A stretch of DNA of 44,677 nucleotides from Alphaproteobacteria bacterium (GTDB taxonomy: Bacteria; Pseudomonadota; Alphaproteobacteria; SMXP01), in the NCBI GenBank assembly GCA_021774915.1, contig JAJFIO010000114.1:1-44677 (forward strand), given 5' to 3'. Both the position numbers and the translations under genes were made by a program. Below, piece by piece: positions 18,269-28,672 of this stretch (within the stretch, counting starts at the first letter, position 1; each line of letters opens with the position of its first letter). The notes beneath the pieces were generated by a model. It was not told where the DNA came from. It did not search any database and saw only the letters and a program-made list of their open reading frames with translations.

Positions 18269-18748
18269 TCATTCATAGGGTGAGCGGATGAGGTTTTTCT
18301 GAATGTGACGTAGAACAGAGTTGAGCTGATTGATCTCAGTATTCTCCAAGCCGTCAAAAGCGCGTTCAAAAATATTTCCCGCAACTTTTTTGACTTGTCT
18401 CAGAGCATCGCGCCCCTGCCCGGTCAGGAAAACTTCCGTCACGCGATTATCCTGCGCGCGCGGCGCACAGCGCACCAGATCCTCCTCCTGCATACGCTGG
18501 ACGATCCGCGTGATGGTCGGCAGCTTCATCACCGCCTTGTCAGCAATGCCGCTGACGCTACACGGACTTCTATCCCCCAAAATCATAAGAACACGCCAAC
18601 GAGGCGGATCCATATCGATGGATTTCAAAACCGAACTCATGACGTCGCTATAGGTGGACCAAGCCTGGGCCATCAGAAAAAAAGGGTATTTCTCCAGCTC
18701 AAAACTTTGAGATGCGGGATGGCCGGTTTTTTTCGCTTTTTTTTGCAT
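18269..18748 (-). CDS. MarR-family regulator divergent from the Rieske oxygenase (IadR-like position)
   Basis: PRWRVLMIL, SVS.IA..AVMKLPTITRIVQRM and D.RVTEVFLT..G winged helix. Start taken at ATG 18748. Confidence 0.9.
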   Translation of the reverse strand: MQKKAKKTGHPASQSFELEKYPFFLMAQAWSTYSDVMSSVLKSIDMDPPRWRVLMILGDRSPCSVSGIADKAVMKLPTITRIVQRMQEEDLVRCAPRAQDNRVTEVFLTGQGRDALRQVKKVAGNIFERAFDGLENTEINQLNSVLRHIQKNLIRSPYE

Positions 18749-18825
18749 GGTGCTGGAACGGAGTGCTATTCTCGAAAACAAGGTGAGGAAAACTTAGGTA
18801 AGCTGGTGCAGTATGGCGCGATATT

Positions 18826-18841
18826 ACTTGAATATTCAAGT
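18826..18841. promoter_or_regulatory. Perfect 16-bp palindrome ACTTGAATATTCAAGT, putative operator of the adjacent MarR
   Basis: Exact inverted repeat in the divergent marR/Rieske gap. Confidence 0.65.
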
Positions 18842-18892
18842 GATTTTTGTTACAAACAACCTTCATGAGCGGGCTCAAGGGAGAAGCAACAA

Positions 18893-20206
18893 ATGTCACA
18901 GGCAAACACCATAGACATTGAACCTTTGCTGCACAAAGACGAAGTGCACCGCAAAGTCTACACAGATCCTGACATCTTTGACCTGGAGATGGAACGCCTC
19001 TGGCACCGCACATGGATCTATGTCGGCCATGAAAGCCAGGTAAAAAATCCAGGCGATTATTTCGCCACCACCATCGGGCGGCAACCGGTCATCCTGGTAC
19101 GCCATAAAGATGATAAAATTCATGTTCTTTATAACCGTTGCGCCCACAAGGGCGCCCAATTGGTAGGGGACACGTCGGGCTGCGTCAAAGCCTTTCGCTG
19201 CTGCTACCATGGATGGCGGTTTGACACTGATGGCGCGCTGCTCACCATCCCGCTTGAAGGCGGCTATGACAACACCGGGTTTTGCCGCGACAATCCGGAC
19301 ACCAATGTCAAAAAAGTACCGCGATATGACTCATACCGCGGGTTTGTTTTTGCCAGCCTGAGCGCCAAAGGTCCTGACCTCAAAACATGGCTCGGGGGCG
19401 TCGCCTCGTCCATTGACAACATGGTCGACCGCGCACCCGATGGCGAATTAGAGGTTACTGGTGGGGTCTTGCGCTATACGCATGATTCCAACTGGAAATT
19501 TTTTGTCGAAAACCTCAACGACCTCATGCACGCCATCGTTACCCATCAATCGTCAAGCCAGACGGCACGTATTGTCGCCAAACGCGTGATGGACGAAAAA
19601 GATGAAGTCCCATGGGCGGTGGAAATTTTCAGTCCGTTCACCAACAGATACTCATTTTTTGAAGAGATGGGGTTACACGCATTTGAATACGGGCATTCTT
19701 ATTCAGGAGGCAAAGTCTCGATACACTCCGCCTATTCGGATATTCCCGGCTATGTTGAAGCTCTGGAATCGGCTTACGGCAAAGAAAAAACTTTGGATAT
19801 ATTTTCCGAGAATCGCCATAACACCGTGTTTTATCCCAGCGCGACCATCAAAGGGCCCATTCAGACCATGCGTGTTGTCAAACCGCTGGCAGTCGATAAA
19901 ACAGTGATTGAATCCTGGACGTTCCGCCTCAAAGGCGCGCCAGAAGCCATGACGCAACGCTCTATTCTCTATTGCACATTGATCAATTCATCGGCCAATC
20001 TGGTGGGGCCTGATGATTATGAATCCTATCACCGCCTGCAATACGGACTTCAGTCGGAAGCAAACGACTGGGTCAGCATGCACCGCCACATGGACCAAGA
20101 AATCGTCAATGCTGACGGCACGATTGAAGCTGAAGGCACAAATGACATTGTGTTCCGCAACCAGTTCAAGGCCTGGAAACAATACATGTCGGCGGAGGAT
20201 GCCTGA
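18893..20206 (+). CDS. iadD: Rieske aromatic-ring-hydroxylating oxygenase alpha subunit (IadD-like, indole-3-acetate)
   Basis: NRCAHKG...CCYHGW Rieske motif, NWK...ENLND.MH...TH mononuclear iron ligands and PDD. The iad assignment rests on the neighbourhood (cyclase, iorAB, ligase, thiolase, MarR). Confidence 0.7.
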   Translation: MSQANTIDIEPLLHKDEVHRKVYTDPDIFDLEMERLWHRTWIYVGHESQVKNPGDYFATTIGRQPVILVRHKDDKIHVLYNRCAHKGAQLVGDTSGCVKAFRCCYHGWRFDTDGALLTIPLEGGYDNTGFCRDNPDTNVKKVPRYDSYRGFVFASLSAKGPDLKTWLGGVASSIDNMVDRAPDGELEVTGGVLRYTHDSNWKFFVENLNDLMHAIVTHQSSSQTARIVAKRVMDEKDEVPWAVEIFSPFTNRYSFFEEMGLHAFEYGHSYSGGKVSIHSAYSDIPGYVEALESAYGKEKTLDIFSENRHNTVFYPSATIKGPIQTMRVVKPLAVDKTVIESWTFRLKGAPEAMTQRSILYCTLINSSANLVGPDDYESYHRLQYGLQSEANDWVSMHRHMDQEIVNADGTIEAEGTNDIVFRNQFKAWKQYMSAEDA

Positions 20207-20209
20207 GCC

Positions 20210-20710
20210 ATGACGAGCGTCACATCACTTGCCGAACTGGACCTTAAAACAGTCGAGGAGTTTCTTTTTCATGAAGCGCGCCTGCTAGATGAAAAAAAAT
20301 GGCAAAAATGGGATGGGCTCTTTACCACAGACGGGACATATTGGATGCCCGCCTCCGTCGATCAACCGGACCCTTTGAATTATGTCTCCCTTATTTATGA
20401 GGACAAGCTGTTAAGGGCCGTGCGGATAGAACGGTTCGACAACGAGAACGCCCACTCGCTGCAACCAATCCCACGCAGCGTCCACCTCGTCTCTAATGTT
20501 ATGATTGATGCCTATGATGCGGTAAGCGGCACCTGCACTGTGAACTCAAGGTTCGTGGTTTTTGAATACCGCCGCGATGAACAGCGCATCTATGGCGGCG
20601 CTTATATTCATGACCTCATCTTTGACGGAACGGATTTCAAAATAAAACAGAAACGCGTCAACTTAGTGAATTGCGAAAGCGCGCTGGATAACATCAACGT
20701 TTATCTTTAA
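20210..20710 (+). CDS. iadE: Ring-hydroxylating oxygenase beta subunit (IadE-like)
   Basis: FL..EARLLD....W..LF..DG.YWMP, R..HLVSNV and KIKQKRVNLVN. Confidence 0.7.
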   Translation: MTSVTSLAELDLKTVEEFLFHEARLLDEKKWQKWDGLFTTDGTYWMPASVDQPDPLNYVSLIYEDKLLRAVRIERFDNENAHSLQPIPRSVHLVSNVMIDAYDAVSGTCTVNSRFVVFEYRRDEQRIYGGAYIHDLIFDGTDFKIKQKRVNLVNCESALDNINVYL

Positions 20711-20737
20711 AATTAGAGCGCCATCAGGGAGAAACAT

Positions 20738-21532
20738 ATGTCATCTACTCAAACCACATTAGCCGATATGGTCACCGCCATCGCAAGCGGAGACATTCGC
20801 GTGATCGATCTCAGCCAAACTCTGGGGCCTGACACGCCGGTGATCATGCTGCCGCCGGAAATCGGCAAAAACTCACCGCCTCTGAGTATCGAACGCATCT
20901 CGCACTTCGATGATGATGGGCCCGCCTGGTATTGGAATGTGTTGACGCTCGGTGAACATACCGGCACGCATTTCGATGCGCCCAATCACTGGATCAGCGG
21001 CAAGGATTACGCCGATGGCGGCACGGACACCATACCCGCCGACCGCTTCATCGGCCCGGCTTGCGTAATTGACTGCTCATCCGAGACTGCCGCCGACCCC
21101 GACTTTCTACTGACGGCGGATCATGTCCAGAAATGGGAAAAAGAACATGGAGAAATTCCGGCAGGCGCGTGGGTTTTGATGCGCACCGATTGGTCGAAGC
21201 GCACCAATGGGGATGAATTTCTCAATGCAGATGAAAACGGTCCGCATTCACCGGGCCCGCGCCTTGATGCCGTTGAATATCTGGCGCGTGAACGCGGCGT
21301 TTTGGGCTTTGGCGTCGAAACCGTCGGCACCGATGCGGGTCAAGCCGGCATGTTCGAACCACCCTTCCCGTGCCACACCATCATGCATGGCGCCAATAAA
21401 TTCGGGCTGGCGAGCCTGACCAATCTCGATGCGCTACCGCCAAAAGGCGCCGTGGTCATTGCCGCGCCGTTGAAAATTATTAACGGGTCGGGTTCTCCGG
21501 TACGGGTGTTGGCACTGGTTCCCGGGCACTAG
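20738..21532 (+). CDS. Cyclase-family metal hydrolase, isatin hydrolase-like
   Basis: GEHTGTHFDAP.HW.SG, PAWYWN, ETVGTDAGQ and APLKI..GSGSP.R motifs of the kynurenine formamidase/isatin hydrolase family. Confidence 0.8.
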   Translation: MSSTQTTLADMVTAIASGDIRVIDLSQTLGPDTPVIMLPPEIGKNSPPLSIERISHFDDDGPAWYWNVLTLGEHTGTHFDAPNHWISGKDYADGGTDTIPADRFIGPACVIDCSSETAADPDFLLTADHVQKWEKEHGEIPAGAWVLMRTDWSKRTNGDEFLNADENGPHSPGPRLDAVEYLARERGVLGFGVETVGTDAGQAGMFEPPFPCHTIMHGANKFGLASLTNLDALPPKGAVVIAAPLKIINGSGSPVRVLALVPGH

Positions 21533-21609
21533 ATTGCTCACGCCAACACGCGTCGGCGCGCGGCACCGCGGGAGCGGCGCGGGAAGCGCCGGGCTGCGCT
21601 TGCAGCCTA

Positions 21610-21637
21610 GACCATTCCCGGTTAACCGGGAACGGTC
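21610..21637. repeat. Intergenic palindrome/hairpin between cyclase and iorA
   Basis: GACCATTCCCGGTTAACCGGGAACGGTC with a perfect 18-bp core, preceded by the GGCTGC-GCTT-GCAGCC hairpin (21592-21607). No U-tract. Confidence 0.55.
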
Positions 21638-21689
21638 ATAAGAAACAAAAACGCTGCCAATCTGATCAGCGGGATGAGGATAACAACAC

Positions 21690-23810
21690 ATGGCAGAGAG
21701 ATCCTTCGCCAAAGAAATTCTGTCTTTGCGCCTTGGCGCGGGCGATGATTTCTGTGGAGAGGGAATCCTCGCCGTCACCAAAGCCCTTCTTCAGTCGGGC
21801 GTTTCTTATGTCGGCGGCTATCAAGGCGCCCCAATCTCCCATCTAATGGACGTGCTCTCGGACGCCGAAGACATTCTTAACGAACTGGGCGTGCATTTTG
21901 AGACCAGCGCCAGCGAAGCCAGCGCCGCAGCAATGCTGGCAGCCTCGGTCAACTATCCCTTGCGCGGAGCCGTTACATGGAAATCGACCGTCGGCACCAA
22001 TGTCGCCTCTGATGCCCTGGCCAATGTCGCCTCAGGCGGCGTCACCGGCGGCGCGCTCATTATTATTGGCGAGGATTACGGCGAAGGCTCGTCCATCATG
22101 CAAGAGCGCAGCCACGCCTTTGCCATGAAATCGCAGATCTGGCTGCTGGATCCCCGGCCCAATCTCACCAGCATCGTGGACAGTGTCGAGAAGGGATTCG
22201 AACTCTCCGAAGCCTCTAACACACCGGTGATGTTAGAGCTGCGCATCCGCACCTGCCATGTCTTTGGCCATTTCGAAGCCAAAGACAATCAAAAGCCGGA
22301 TTTCACCCTGCAAGAGGCCATGGAAAACCCGCAGCGCGATACCGAGCGGATCGTCCTGCCGCCGGCGAATTTTCTTCATGAACAGGAAAAAATCAATCAA
22401 CGCTGGCCCGCAGCCATTGAATTCATCAAAAAGAACAAGCTCAATGAATTTCTTGGCGGCGCCACCGGCGTGCAAGGGCTCATCATACAGGGCGGCCTTT
22501 ACAACACGCTGATCCGCGCCCTCGACCTCCTTGATCTGTCGGACTGTTTCGGCAACACCGATATTCCGATCTATGTCTTGAACGTCACCTATCCCCTTAT
22601 TCCCGATGAGATTGTCGGCTTTTGCGCTGATAAAAAATCCGTGCTGATCATCGAGGAAGGGCAGCCTGACTATATCGAACAAGCCATCAATACGATATTG
22701 CGCCGCGCTGATCTCCAAACCAAAATCAGTGGCAAGGATGTCCTGCCCATGGCGGGCGAATATACCGGCCAGGTTCTCAAAAATGGTTTGAAGACATTCT
22801 TCGCCATAACGGACGACCAAGAAGAAGCCTCTTTGCCCGCCGTGGATGCGATGAATACCACCCTGCCGCCACGCCCGGCGGGCTTTTGCACCGGCTGTCC
22901 GGAGCGCCCTGTCTTCACAGCCATGAAACTCCTGGAGCGAGAGCTGGGGCCAGCCCATGTCAGTTGCGATATCGGCTGCCACCTTTTTTCCATCCTGCCC
23001 CCCTTCAATATCGGCAACACGACCATGGGTTACGGGCTTGGCGCGGCCGGGGCGTCGGCTTTCACGGCGCCGTCAATAAAGCGCACCATCGCCATCATGG
23101 GCGATGGCGGGTTCTGGCATAACGGCCTGACCAGCGGTGTCGGCAATGCGGTCTTTAATGAAAGCGACAACGTGCTGATGATCGTGGATAACGGCTATTC
23201 GGCCGCCACCGGCGGGCAAGACATATTGTCGTCGCGCAGCAAAAACAAAACGCGCAGCACGCGCCACCGGATCGAAGACGCGGTGCGGGGGCTGGGCGTC
23301 ACATGGGTGCGCCGGGTCCGCACCTATGATCTGGCCGATATGATGGAGACCTTGCGTGAGGCCCTGACCACAAAGCAAAAAGGACCAAAAGTTCTGATCG
23401 CCCAGTCGGAATGTCAGCTTAACCGACAGCGCCGCTTAAAACCTATTGTCCGCCGGATGCTGAGCCAAGGAAAACGCGTGGTGCGCGAGCAATTCGGCGT
23501 CGATGCCGAAACGTGCACGGGCGACCATTCCTGTATCCGCCTGTCGGGCTGTCCGTCCCTCACCATCAAGGAAAACCCCGACCCCTTAAGGCAAGACCCA
23601 ATCGCTTATGTCGATAACACATGTGTCGGCTGCGGCCATTGTGGTGAAGTGGCTGATGTCGCCATATTATGCCCATCGTTTTACAAAGCTCAAATCATCT
23701 CCAACCCCTCGGCATGGGATATGACCATCACCAAAGTCCGGCAAGCGGTGATCGGCTTTTTCCAGCGCAAGTCTGAAAAATCCCTTCGTCTGCGGACTTA
23801 CCAATCATGA
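21690..23810 (+). CDS. iorA: Indolepyruvate:ferredoxin oxidoreductase-family alpha subunit
   Basis: GYQGAP, KSTVGTNVA.D, FCTGCPERP, DIGCH, TPP-binding motif MGDGGFWHNG...DNGY and a C-terminal ferredoxin domain (CTGDHSC..GCP, CVGCGHC). Confidence 0.9.
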   Translation: MAERSFAKEILSLRLGAGDDFCGEGILAVTKALLQSGVSYVGGYQGAPISHLMDVLSDAEDILNELGVHFETSASEASAAAMLAASVNYPLRGAVTWKSTVGTNVASDALANVASGGVTGGALIIIGEDYGEGSSIMQERSHAFAMKSQIWLLDPRPNLTSIVDSVEKGFELSEASNTPVMLELRIRTCHVFGHFEAKDNQKPDFTLQEAMENPQRDTERIVLPPANFLHEQEKINQRWPAAIEFIKKNKLNEFLGGATGVQGLIIQGGLYNTLIRALDLLDLSDCFGNTDIPIYVLNVTYPLIPDEIVGFCADKKSVLIIEEGQPDYIEQAINTILRRADLQTKISGKDVLPMAGEYTGQVLKNGLKTFFAITDDQEEASLPAVDAMNTTLPPRPAGFCTGCPERPVFTAMKLLERELGPAHVSCDIGCHLFSILPPFNIGNTTMGYGLGAAGASAFTAPSIKRTIAIMGDGGFWHNGLTSGVGNAVFNESDNVLMIVDNGYSAATGGQDILSSRSKNKTRSTRHRIEDAVRGLGVTWVRRVRTYDLADMMETLREALTTKQKGPKVLIAQSECQLNRQRRLKPIVRRMLSQGKRVVREQFGVDAETCTGDHSCIRLSGCPSLTIKENPDPLRQDPIAYVDNTCVGCGHCGEVADVAILCPSFYKAQIISNPSAWDMTITKVRQAVIGFFQRKSEKSLRLRTYQS

Positions 23811-25330
23811 TCGAACGGGATCGCCCCAGACCCCTTTCGATCGCCATTGCTGCCCTCGGCGGTCAGGGCGGGGGCGTGCTGTCCAATTGGATCGTCACTC
23901 TGGCCGGTAGCGCAGGGTATTTAGCTCAGTACACTTCGGTACCGGGCGTCGCCCAGCGCACGGGCACAACGATCTATTACATTGAGATCTTTCCTAAAGC
24001 CAAAGCCTTGGGCCAGGAGCCTGTGTTTGCGCTCAATCCTGTCCCCGGCGACGTCGATATTGTGATTGCCTCAGAATGGATGGAGGCGGGCCGGGCAATT
24101 CAACGCGGGCTTGTTTCCCCGAACCTCACAACGTTAATCGCCTCGTCCCACAGGGTTTATGCCATATCCGAAAAATCCGCGATGGGACAGGGTATCGTCG
24201 ATGACAAGAGCGTGCATGAAGCCGCACAGGCAAGCGCACATTCTTTGATTCACTTTGATATGGAGCAAGCGGCGCACGAAACCGGCAGCGTGATCAGCGC
24301 CGTATTGTTTGGGGCGTTGGCAGGTTCAAAAGCGCTTCCCTTCGAAAAATCGTCGTTTGAAGAGACCATCTCCCGCAGCGGCATTGCCGTTGAAACAAAT
24401 CTCGCCGGCTTTAATGAAGGGTATCGCTTAGCGAAAGCCAATCTTGCGGACGCTACCAAGACCAGCGAACCCGAAATGCCACCATTAGAAAAGATCTCCG
24501 TACACAGAGATGACCAGCTTTCTCAAAAGGTACAACAAATATTCCCCAAATCCTGCCGGGAAATCCTGATGGTCGGGACCAACAGAACCCTTGACTATCA
24601 GGATAAAGCCTATGGCGCCTTCTATCTTCAGCAGATGGAAGATATCCTTACCCTTGATGATACCGCGCGGGGACATCGACTTACGCAAACAGTTGGGCGG
24701 CACCTTGCCCTCTGGATGACTTATGAAGATACCATTCGCGTTGCCGATTTTAAAATCCGTAAAAAAAGGTTTGACCACATCGCACAAGAAACCGGCGCCA
24801 CCCAAAACCAAGTCGTGAACGTGGTGGATTATGTGCATCCGCGCGTCGAAGAAATTTGCGATTCGCTTCCCGCACCCCTCGGCCGCGCTCTCATGAGCGC
24901 ACCGCGGACCAAAAGATGGGTAGGGCGGCGGCTCAAAAAAGGGCGGCGCATTCAATCAAGCAAGCTGTCGGGCTTTTTGTTGTTTTATATGATCTCATCA
25001 ATGAGACGCTGGCGTCGCGGCACCTATCGTTACCATGTCGAGCACGCCCGCATAGAGGACTGGCTTGCGCGCATCAAACAAACGGCCAGTAGTGATTATG
25101 ATCTGGCTGTCGAGATTGCCGCCTGTCAGCAACTGGTTAAAGGCTATGGTGACACGCATGCACGGGGGCTCAAAAACTTTACCCTCATTATGGGTGCGCT
25201 CGACGCATCCGGCCCGGATGCAAAGCTCGCCTCGGTGATACGTCGTTTACGCGATGCCGCGCTAGCCGACGAAGCTGGCGAGATGTTACAGCTGGAATTG
25301 ACCCGCCTCAACGATGCGCATGCAGAATAA
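23807..25330 (+). CDS. iorB: Indolepyruvate oxidoreductase beta-subunit family protein (long form)
   Basis: ALGGQGGGVL, TSVPGVAQRTG.T.YY and extended C-terminus (DYQD, LALWM.YED.IRVA, LVKGYGDT). ATGA overlap with iorA. Confidence 0.88.
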   Translation: MIERDRPRPLSIAIAALGGQGGGVLSNWIVTLAGSAGYLAQYTSVPGVAQRTGTTIYYIEIFPKAKALGQEPVFALNPVPGDVDIVIASEWMEAGRAIQRGLVSPNLTTLIASSHRVYAISEKSAMGQGIVDDKSVHEAAQASAHSLIHFDMEQAAHETGSVISAVLFGALAGSKALPFEKSSFEETISRSGIAVETNLAGFNEGYRLAKANLADATKTSEPEMPPLEKISVHRDDQLSQKVQQIFPKSCREILMVGTNRTLDYQDKAYGAFYLQQMEDILTLDDTARGHRLTQTVGRHLALWMTYEDTIRVADFKIRKKRFDHIAQETGATQNQVVNVVDYVHPRVEEICDSLPAPLGRALMSAPRTKRWVGRRLKKGRRIQSSKLSGFLLFYMISSMRRWRRGTYRYHVEHARIEDWLARIKQTASSDYDLAVEIAACQQLVKGYGDTHARGLKNFTLIMGALDASGPDAKLASVIRRLRDAALADEAGEMLQLELTRLNDAHAE

Positions 25331-25335
25331 CATCC

Positions 25336-25731
25336 TTAATTCTTTGGAATAACCGCCGTGGTTTCAATTTCAATCTTGGCCCTGTCTTCCACTAAGGAAC
25401 AGACCTCAACCGCCGCCATTGCGGGATAATGAGGGCCCATGATCTCGCGATAGGCCGCACCGATTTCTTTCAGGCGAGAGACGTATTCTTTTTTATTGGT
25501 GAAATACCATGTCATGCGCACAATATGTTCAGGCCCCGCTTCAGCCACCGCCAGAACCTCTCTGGTGTTAATCAATACCTGCCTCAGTTGACCAACAAAA
25601 TCATCGGTTTCAAAAACATATTTACCATTCCATCCCACCTGACCCGCAACAAAGACAAGACGACCTTCTGCACTAATGCCGTTTGAATATCCTTTGGGGC
25701 GTTCCCAGCCATCAGGGAGCAGATGTTTCAT
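25336..25731 (-). CDS. RidA/YjgF-family enamine/imine deaminase
   Basis: PKGYSNG, FVAGQVG, YPAM and KIEIETTA. Last gene of the abm operon. Confidence 0.9.
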   Translation of the reverse strand: MKHLLPDGWERPKGYSNGISAEGRLVFVAGQVGWNGKYVFETDDFVGQLRQVLINTREVLAVAEAGPEHIVRMTWYFTNKKEYVSRLKEIGAAYREIMGPHYPAMAAVEVCSLVEDRAKIEIETTAVIPKN

Positions 25732-25762
25732 ATAAGCTTACCTTTTGTTATTCATCGTCTTT

Positions 25763-26188
25763 TTATTCATCATCCGACCCCAGAAGAAAGGGAACCATAG
25801 CGGCGCGCATTTCTTCGGGAAAAGGTACGGCACAATAATCATCGAGATTGGCATACACAAGAACCGCCTTCGCCACCAGGCGCTTTTCACCTTCACAGAC
25901 GGCCGAAACCGACACCGTACACGATGTCCGGCCAAGATCCAGCAAGATGAGAGAGAACTCAAGCACGTCTTCAATCATACTGGGCCGGAAAAAATCAGCC
26001 TCGATATGGACCGTAGGCGTCGCCACCCTGTTTTCAAGCGCCATTTTTCGGAAACTGGCGCCGATCTCATCGGCAAACCAGCTTTCAACAACACCGTTGA
26101 CCATTTCAAAATAGCGTGGATAAAAAACGATACCCGCAGGATCCGTATCGGCAAAGCGCACCGGCCAGTCTAATCTGAACACACTCAT
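25763..26188 (-). CDS. 4-HBA-CoA-type acyl-CoA thioesterase
   Basis: [20 protein letters not shown] hot-dog-fold signature. Confidence 0.9.
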   Translation of the reverse strand: MSVFRLDWPVRFADTDPAGIVFYPRYFEMVNGVVESWFADEIGASFRKMALENRVATPTVHIEADFFRPSMIEDVLEFSLILLDLGRTSCTVSVSAVCEGEKRLVAKAVLVYANLDDYCAVPFPEEMRAAMVPFLLGSDDE

Positions 26189-27360
26189 GATGTTTTATGT
26201 TGAGCCAGTATCTGGCTGGCGATGATCACCTTCTGAACTTCAGAGGCGCCTTCATAGATTCTGAGCGCGCGAATCTCACGGTACAATTCCTCAACCTTCA
26301 CCCCGGTGACCACACCCAGACCCCCAAAAATCTGAACAGCTTTATCAATCACTTCCTGCGCGGTTTCGGTGGCATAATATTTTGCCATGGCCGCTTCCTT
26401 GGTTACACGTGGCTGGCCACCATCTTTTGTCCAAGCCGCACGGTACACCAGAAGCGCGCTGGCATCCACCTTCAGAGCCATTTCCGCGATCATGCCTTGG
26501 ATCAATTGCTGATCGGAAAGGACGCCGCCAAAGATTTCGCGCGTGCTGGCGCGAGATGCCGCTTCATCCAGCGCCCGCCGGGCAAGACCCAAAGCGGCGG
26601 CGCCTACAGTCGAGCGAAAAACATCGAGGGTCGCCATGGCGATTTTAAACCCCTGCCCCACTTCACCAAGCAAATGGGATTTGTGCACTTTGCAGTCTTC
26701 AAACCTCACCGTCGCCAAAGGATGAGGCGCAATGGTCTCGATGCGTTCAGAGGCATCAAGGCCCGGCGTGTCGGCATCGACGACAAACGCGCTGACACCC
26801 CGCGCCCCGGATATGGGCTCAGTACGGACGAAAACGACATAAAAGTCGGCAATGCCACCATTGGAGATGAACGTCTTGACGCCATTGATCTCAAAGTGGT
26901 CGCCGTGATGCGTAGCTGTGGTAATCAAATTCGCTGCGTCCGACCCCGTCTCGGGTTCAGTAAGGGCAAAGGCGGCGACTTTTTTCCCGCTCCGCACTGC
27001 GGGCAGATAATGGCCTTTGAGCGCCTCGTCGCCAAAAAGTGAGATCGGGCCTGAACCCAATCCCTGCATGGCAAAGACAAAGTCCGCCAGTCCCGAAGAG
27101 CGTGCGAGGGTTTCGCGGATGAGGCACAAAGACCTAACATCCAGCGTGTCAGTCGCGCCGCCATAAGCAGAAGGAACCGCATATTCAAGAATGCCTGCCG
27201 CTGCCAAGCGGCTTAAGATGTCCGCACAGGTCTGATCGACATCGCTGTGCGCTCCCTCCAGAAGTTCTTGCTCCTCTAAAACCCAAGCTTCGATGCGAGC
27301 CGCCAGGCTCCGATGCGTGTCGTCAAAAAAAGGCCAATCGAGAAAACTCTTGTCACTCAT
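26185..27360 (-). CDS. Acyl-CoA dehydrogenase (abm cluster)
   Basis: [30 protein letters not shown] and IYEGASEVQ. The ATG overlaps the upstream TGA. Confidence 0.92.
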   Translation of the reverse strand: MSDKSFLDWPFFDDTHRSLAARIEAWVLEEQELLEGAHSDVDQTCADILSRLAAAGILEYAVPSAYGGATDTLDVRSLCLIRETLARSSGLADFVFAMQGLGSGPISLFGDEALKGHYLPAVRSGKKVAAFALTEPETGSDAANLITTATHHGDHFEINGVKTFISNGGIADFYVVFVRTEPISGARGVSAFVVDADTPGLDASERIETIAPHPLATVRFEDCKVHKSHLLGEVGQGFKIAMATLDVFRSTVGAAALGLARRALDEAASRASTREIFGGVLSDQQLIQGMIAEMALKVDASALLVYRAAWTKDGGQPRVTKEAAMAKYYATETAQEVIDKAVQIFGGLGVVTGVKVEELYREIRALRIYEGASEVQKVIIASQILAQHKTS

Positions 27361-28169
27361 CAATTGCCCTCGAACACCGGTTTTTGTTTGTTCACGAACG
27401 CTTCATAAGCCCGCCTGAAATCCCCCGTCTGCATACAGAGGGCCTGAGCCTGAGCCTCTGCTTCAATCGCCGTGTCGAGGCTCATATCCCATTCCATATT
27501 GAGTTGGTTCTTAGTCATGGCATTGGCGAAACTTGGGCCCTTCGCCAGACGCAGCGCCATGGCGTGCGTTGTTTCTAAAAGCTCCTCGCGCGCACATAGC
27601 TTATTGAAAAAACCCCAGCGCTCAGCTTCCTCGCCGCCAAGACCGCGCCCGGTAAACAGTAATTCCGATGCCCGCCCCTGCCCAATGATGCGGGGCAGGA
27701 TGGCGCACGCCCCCATATCGCATCCGGCCAACCCAACCCGGTTGAACAGAAAAGCTACCTTCGCTTGCGACGTGCCATAGCGAAGATCAGACGCCATCGC
27801 CAGGATCGCCCCAGCCCCGGCGCAAACGCCATCGATCGCGGCAAGGATCGGTTGCGGACAGCCGCGCATCGCCTTCACCAGATCGCCGGTCAGGCGGGTG
27901 AACTCAAGAAGCTCAGGTGCGCTCATCTCCACAAGCGGGCCGATAATGTCGTGGACATCCCCGCCTGAGCAGAAATTATCTCCGGCCCCGGTGATCACCA
28001 CCGCCTTCACGTCAGGGGCATATACGAGCTGGCGAAACAGATCGCGCAGCTCGGCATAAGACTCAAATGTCAGCGGGTTTTTGCGCTCTGGCCTGTTGAG
28101 CATAACAGTGCCGACGCCGTCCTCGCATTCCCACTGAAAATGGGTGGCTTTATACGCGGCGCCCTTCAT
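27360..28169 (-). CDS. Enoyl-CoA hydratase-family protein (abm cluster)
   Basis: [29 protein letters not shown] and [10 protein letters not shown]. Confidence 0.9.
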   Translation of the reverse strand: MKGAAYKATHFQWECEDGVGTVMLNRPERKNPLTFESYAELRDLFRQLVYAPDVKAVVITGAGDNFCSGGDVHDIIGPLVEMSAPELLEFTRLTGDLVKAMRGCPQPILAAIDGVCAGAGAILAMASDLRYGTSQAKVAFLFNRVGLAGCDMGACAILPRIIGQGRASELLFTGRGLGGEEAERWGFFNKLCAREELLETTHAMALRLAKGPSFANAMTKNQLNMEWDMSLDTAIEAEAQAQALCMQTGDFRRAYEAFVNKQKPVFEGN

Positions 28170-28672
28170 TTTGAACGGCCCTTCCCGCGCGCCTGCCCCA
28201 TCGATATTTTTGTTTTATGAAGAAGCTCCAGAAGTGTTTCTATTTCCGAAGCGTTCAGTAGACCCATCATTTCATCAACCCAGCCTTCATGAGCGCTGGC
28301 CCATTTTTGAAATTCTTTGCGGCCATAAGGGGTCAATTTCACGCATTGAGTACGCCGGTCAGGCTTTGTTACCTGCCGGACAATGAAGTCATCTTGTTCC
28401 AAACGATTAGCGAGACCCGTCACATTGCCGTTCGAGACCATCAGGCGTTCGGAGATTTGTCCCATAGTCAGCCCCTCGGGGGCCCGATCGAGCGCAGACA
28501 AAAGATCAAAGCGCGGCAACGTAGTGTCGAACTCAGTGCGCAATTTATCGCGAATTTCCCGCTCCATAACTGAGGTGCAGGTGAGCAGCCTGAGCCAGAG
28601 GCGCAATGATTGCTTGGAGTGGGGCGCCCCGCCTCCCAGCTTGTCTTCCAGAACATCGGACATCATTTGCAT
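28166..28672 (-). CDS. MarR-family regulator within the abm operon
   Basis: [30 protein letters not shown] and DRR. Start placed at ATG 28672, a TAATG overlap with the SDR stop. Confidence 0.9.
   Translation of the reverse strand: MQMMSDVLEDKLGGGAPHSKQSLRLWLRLLTCTSVMEREIRDKLRTEFDTTLPRFDLLSALDRAPEGLTMGQISERLMVSNGNVTGLANRLEQDDFIVRQVTKPDRRTQCVKLTPYGRKEFQKWASAHEGWVDEMMGLLNASEIETLLELLHKTKISMGQARGKGRSK

Noticed and set aside
18727-18744. T-rich tracts as a terminator or phase-variable site
   Set aside because: On the minus strand they encode the Lys-rich N-terminus (MQKKAKKT) of an in-frame MarR, and there is no stem.
26197-27042. 281-aa plus-strand ORF, and similar long antisense ORFs at 10736-11545, 14841-15635, 22233-22982 and 30921-31688
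   Set aside because: Each lies wholly opposite a well-supported gene. These are typical stop-poor antisense frames in GC-rich coding DNA.
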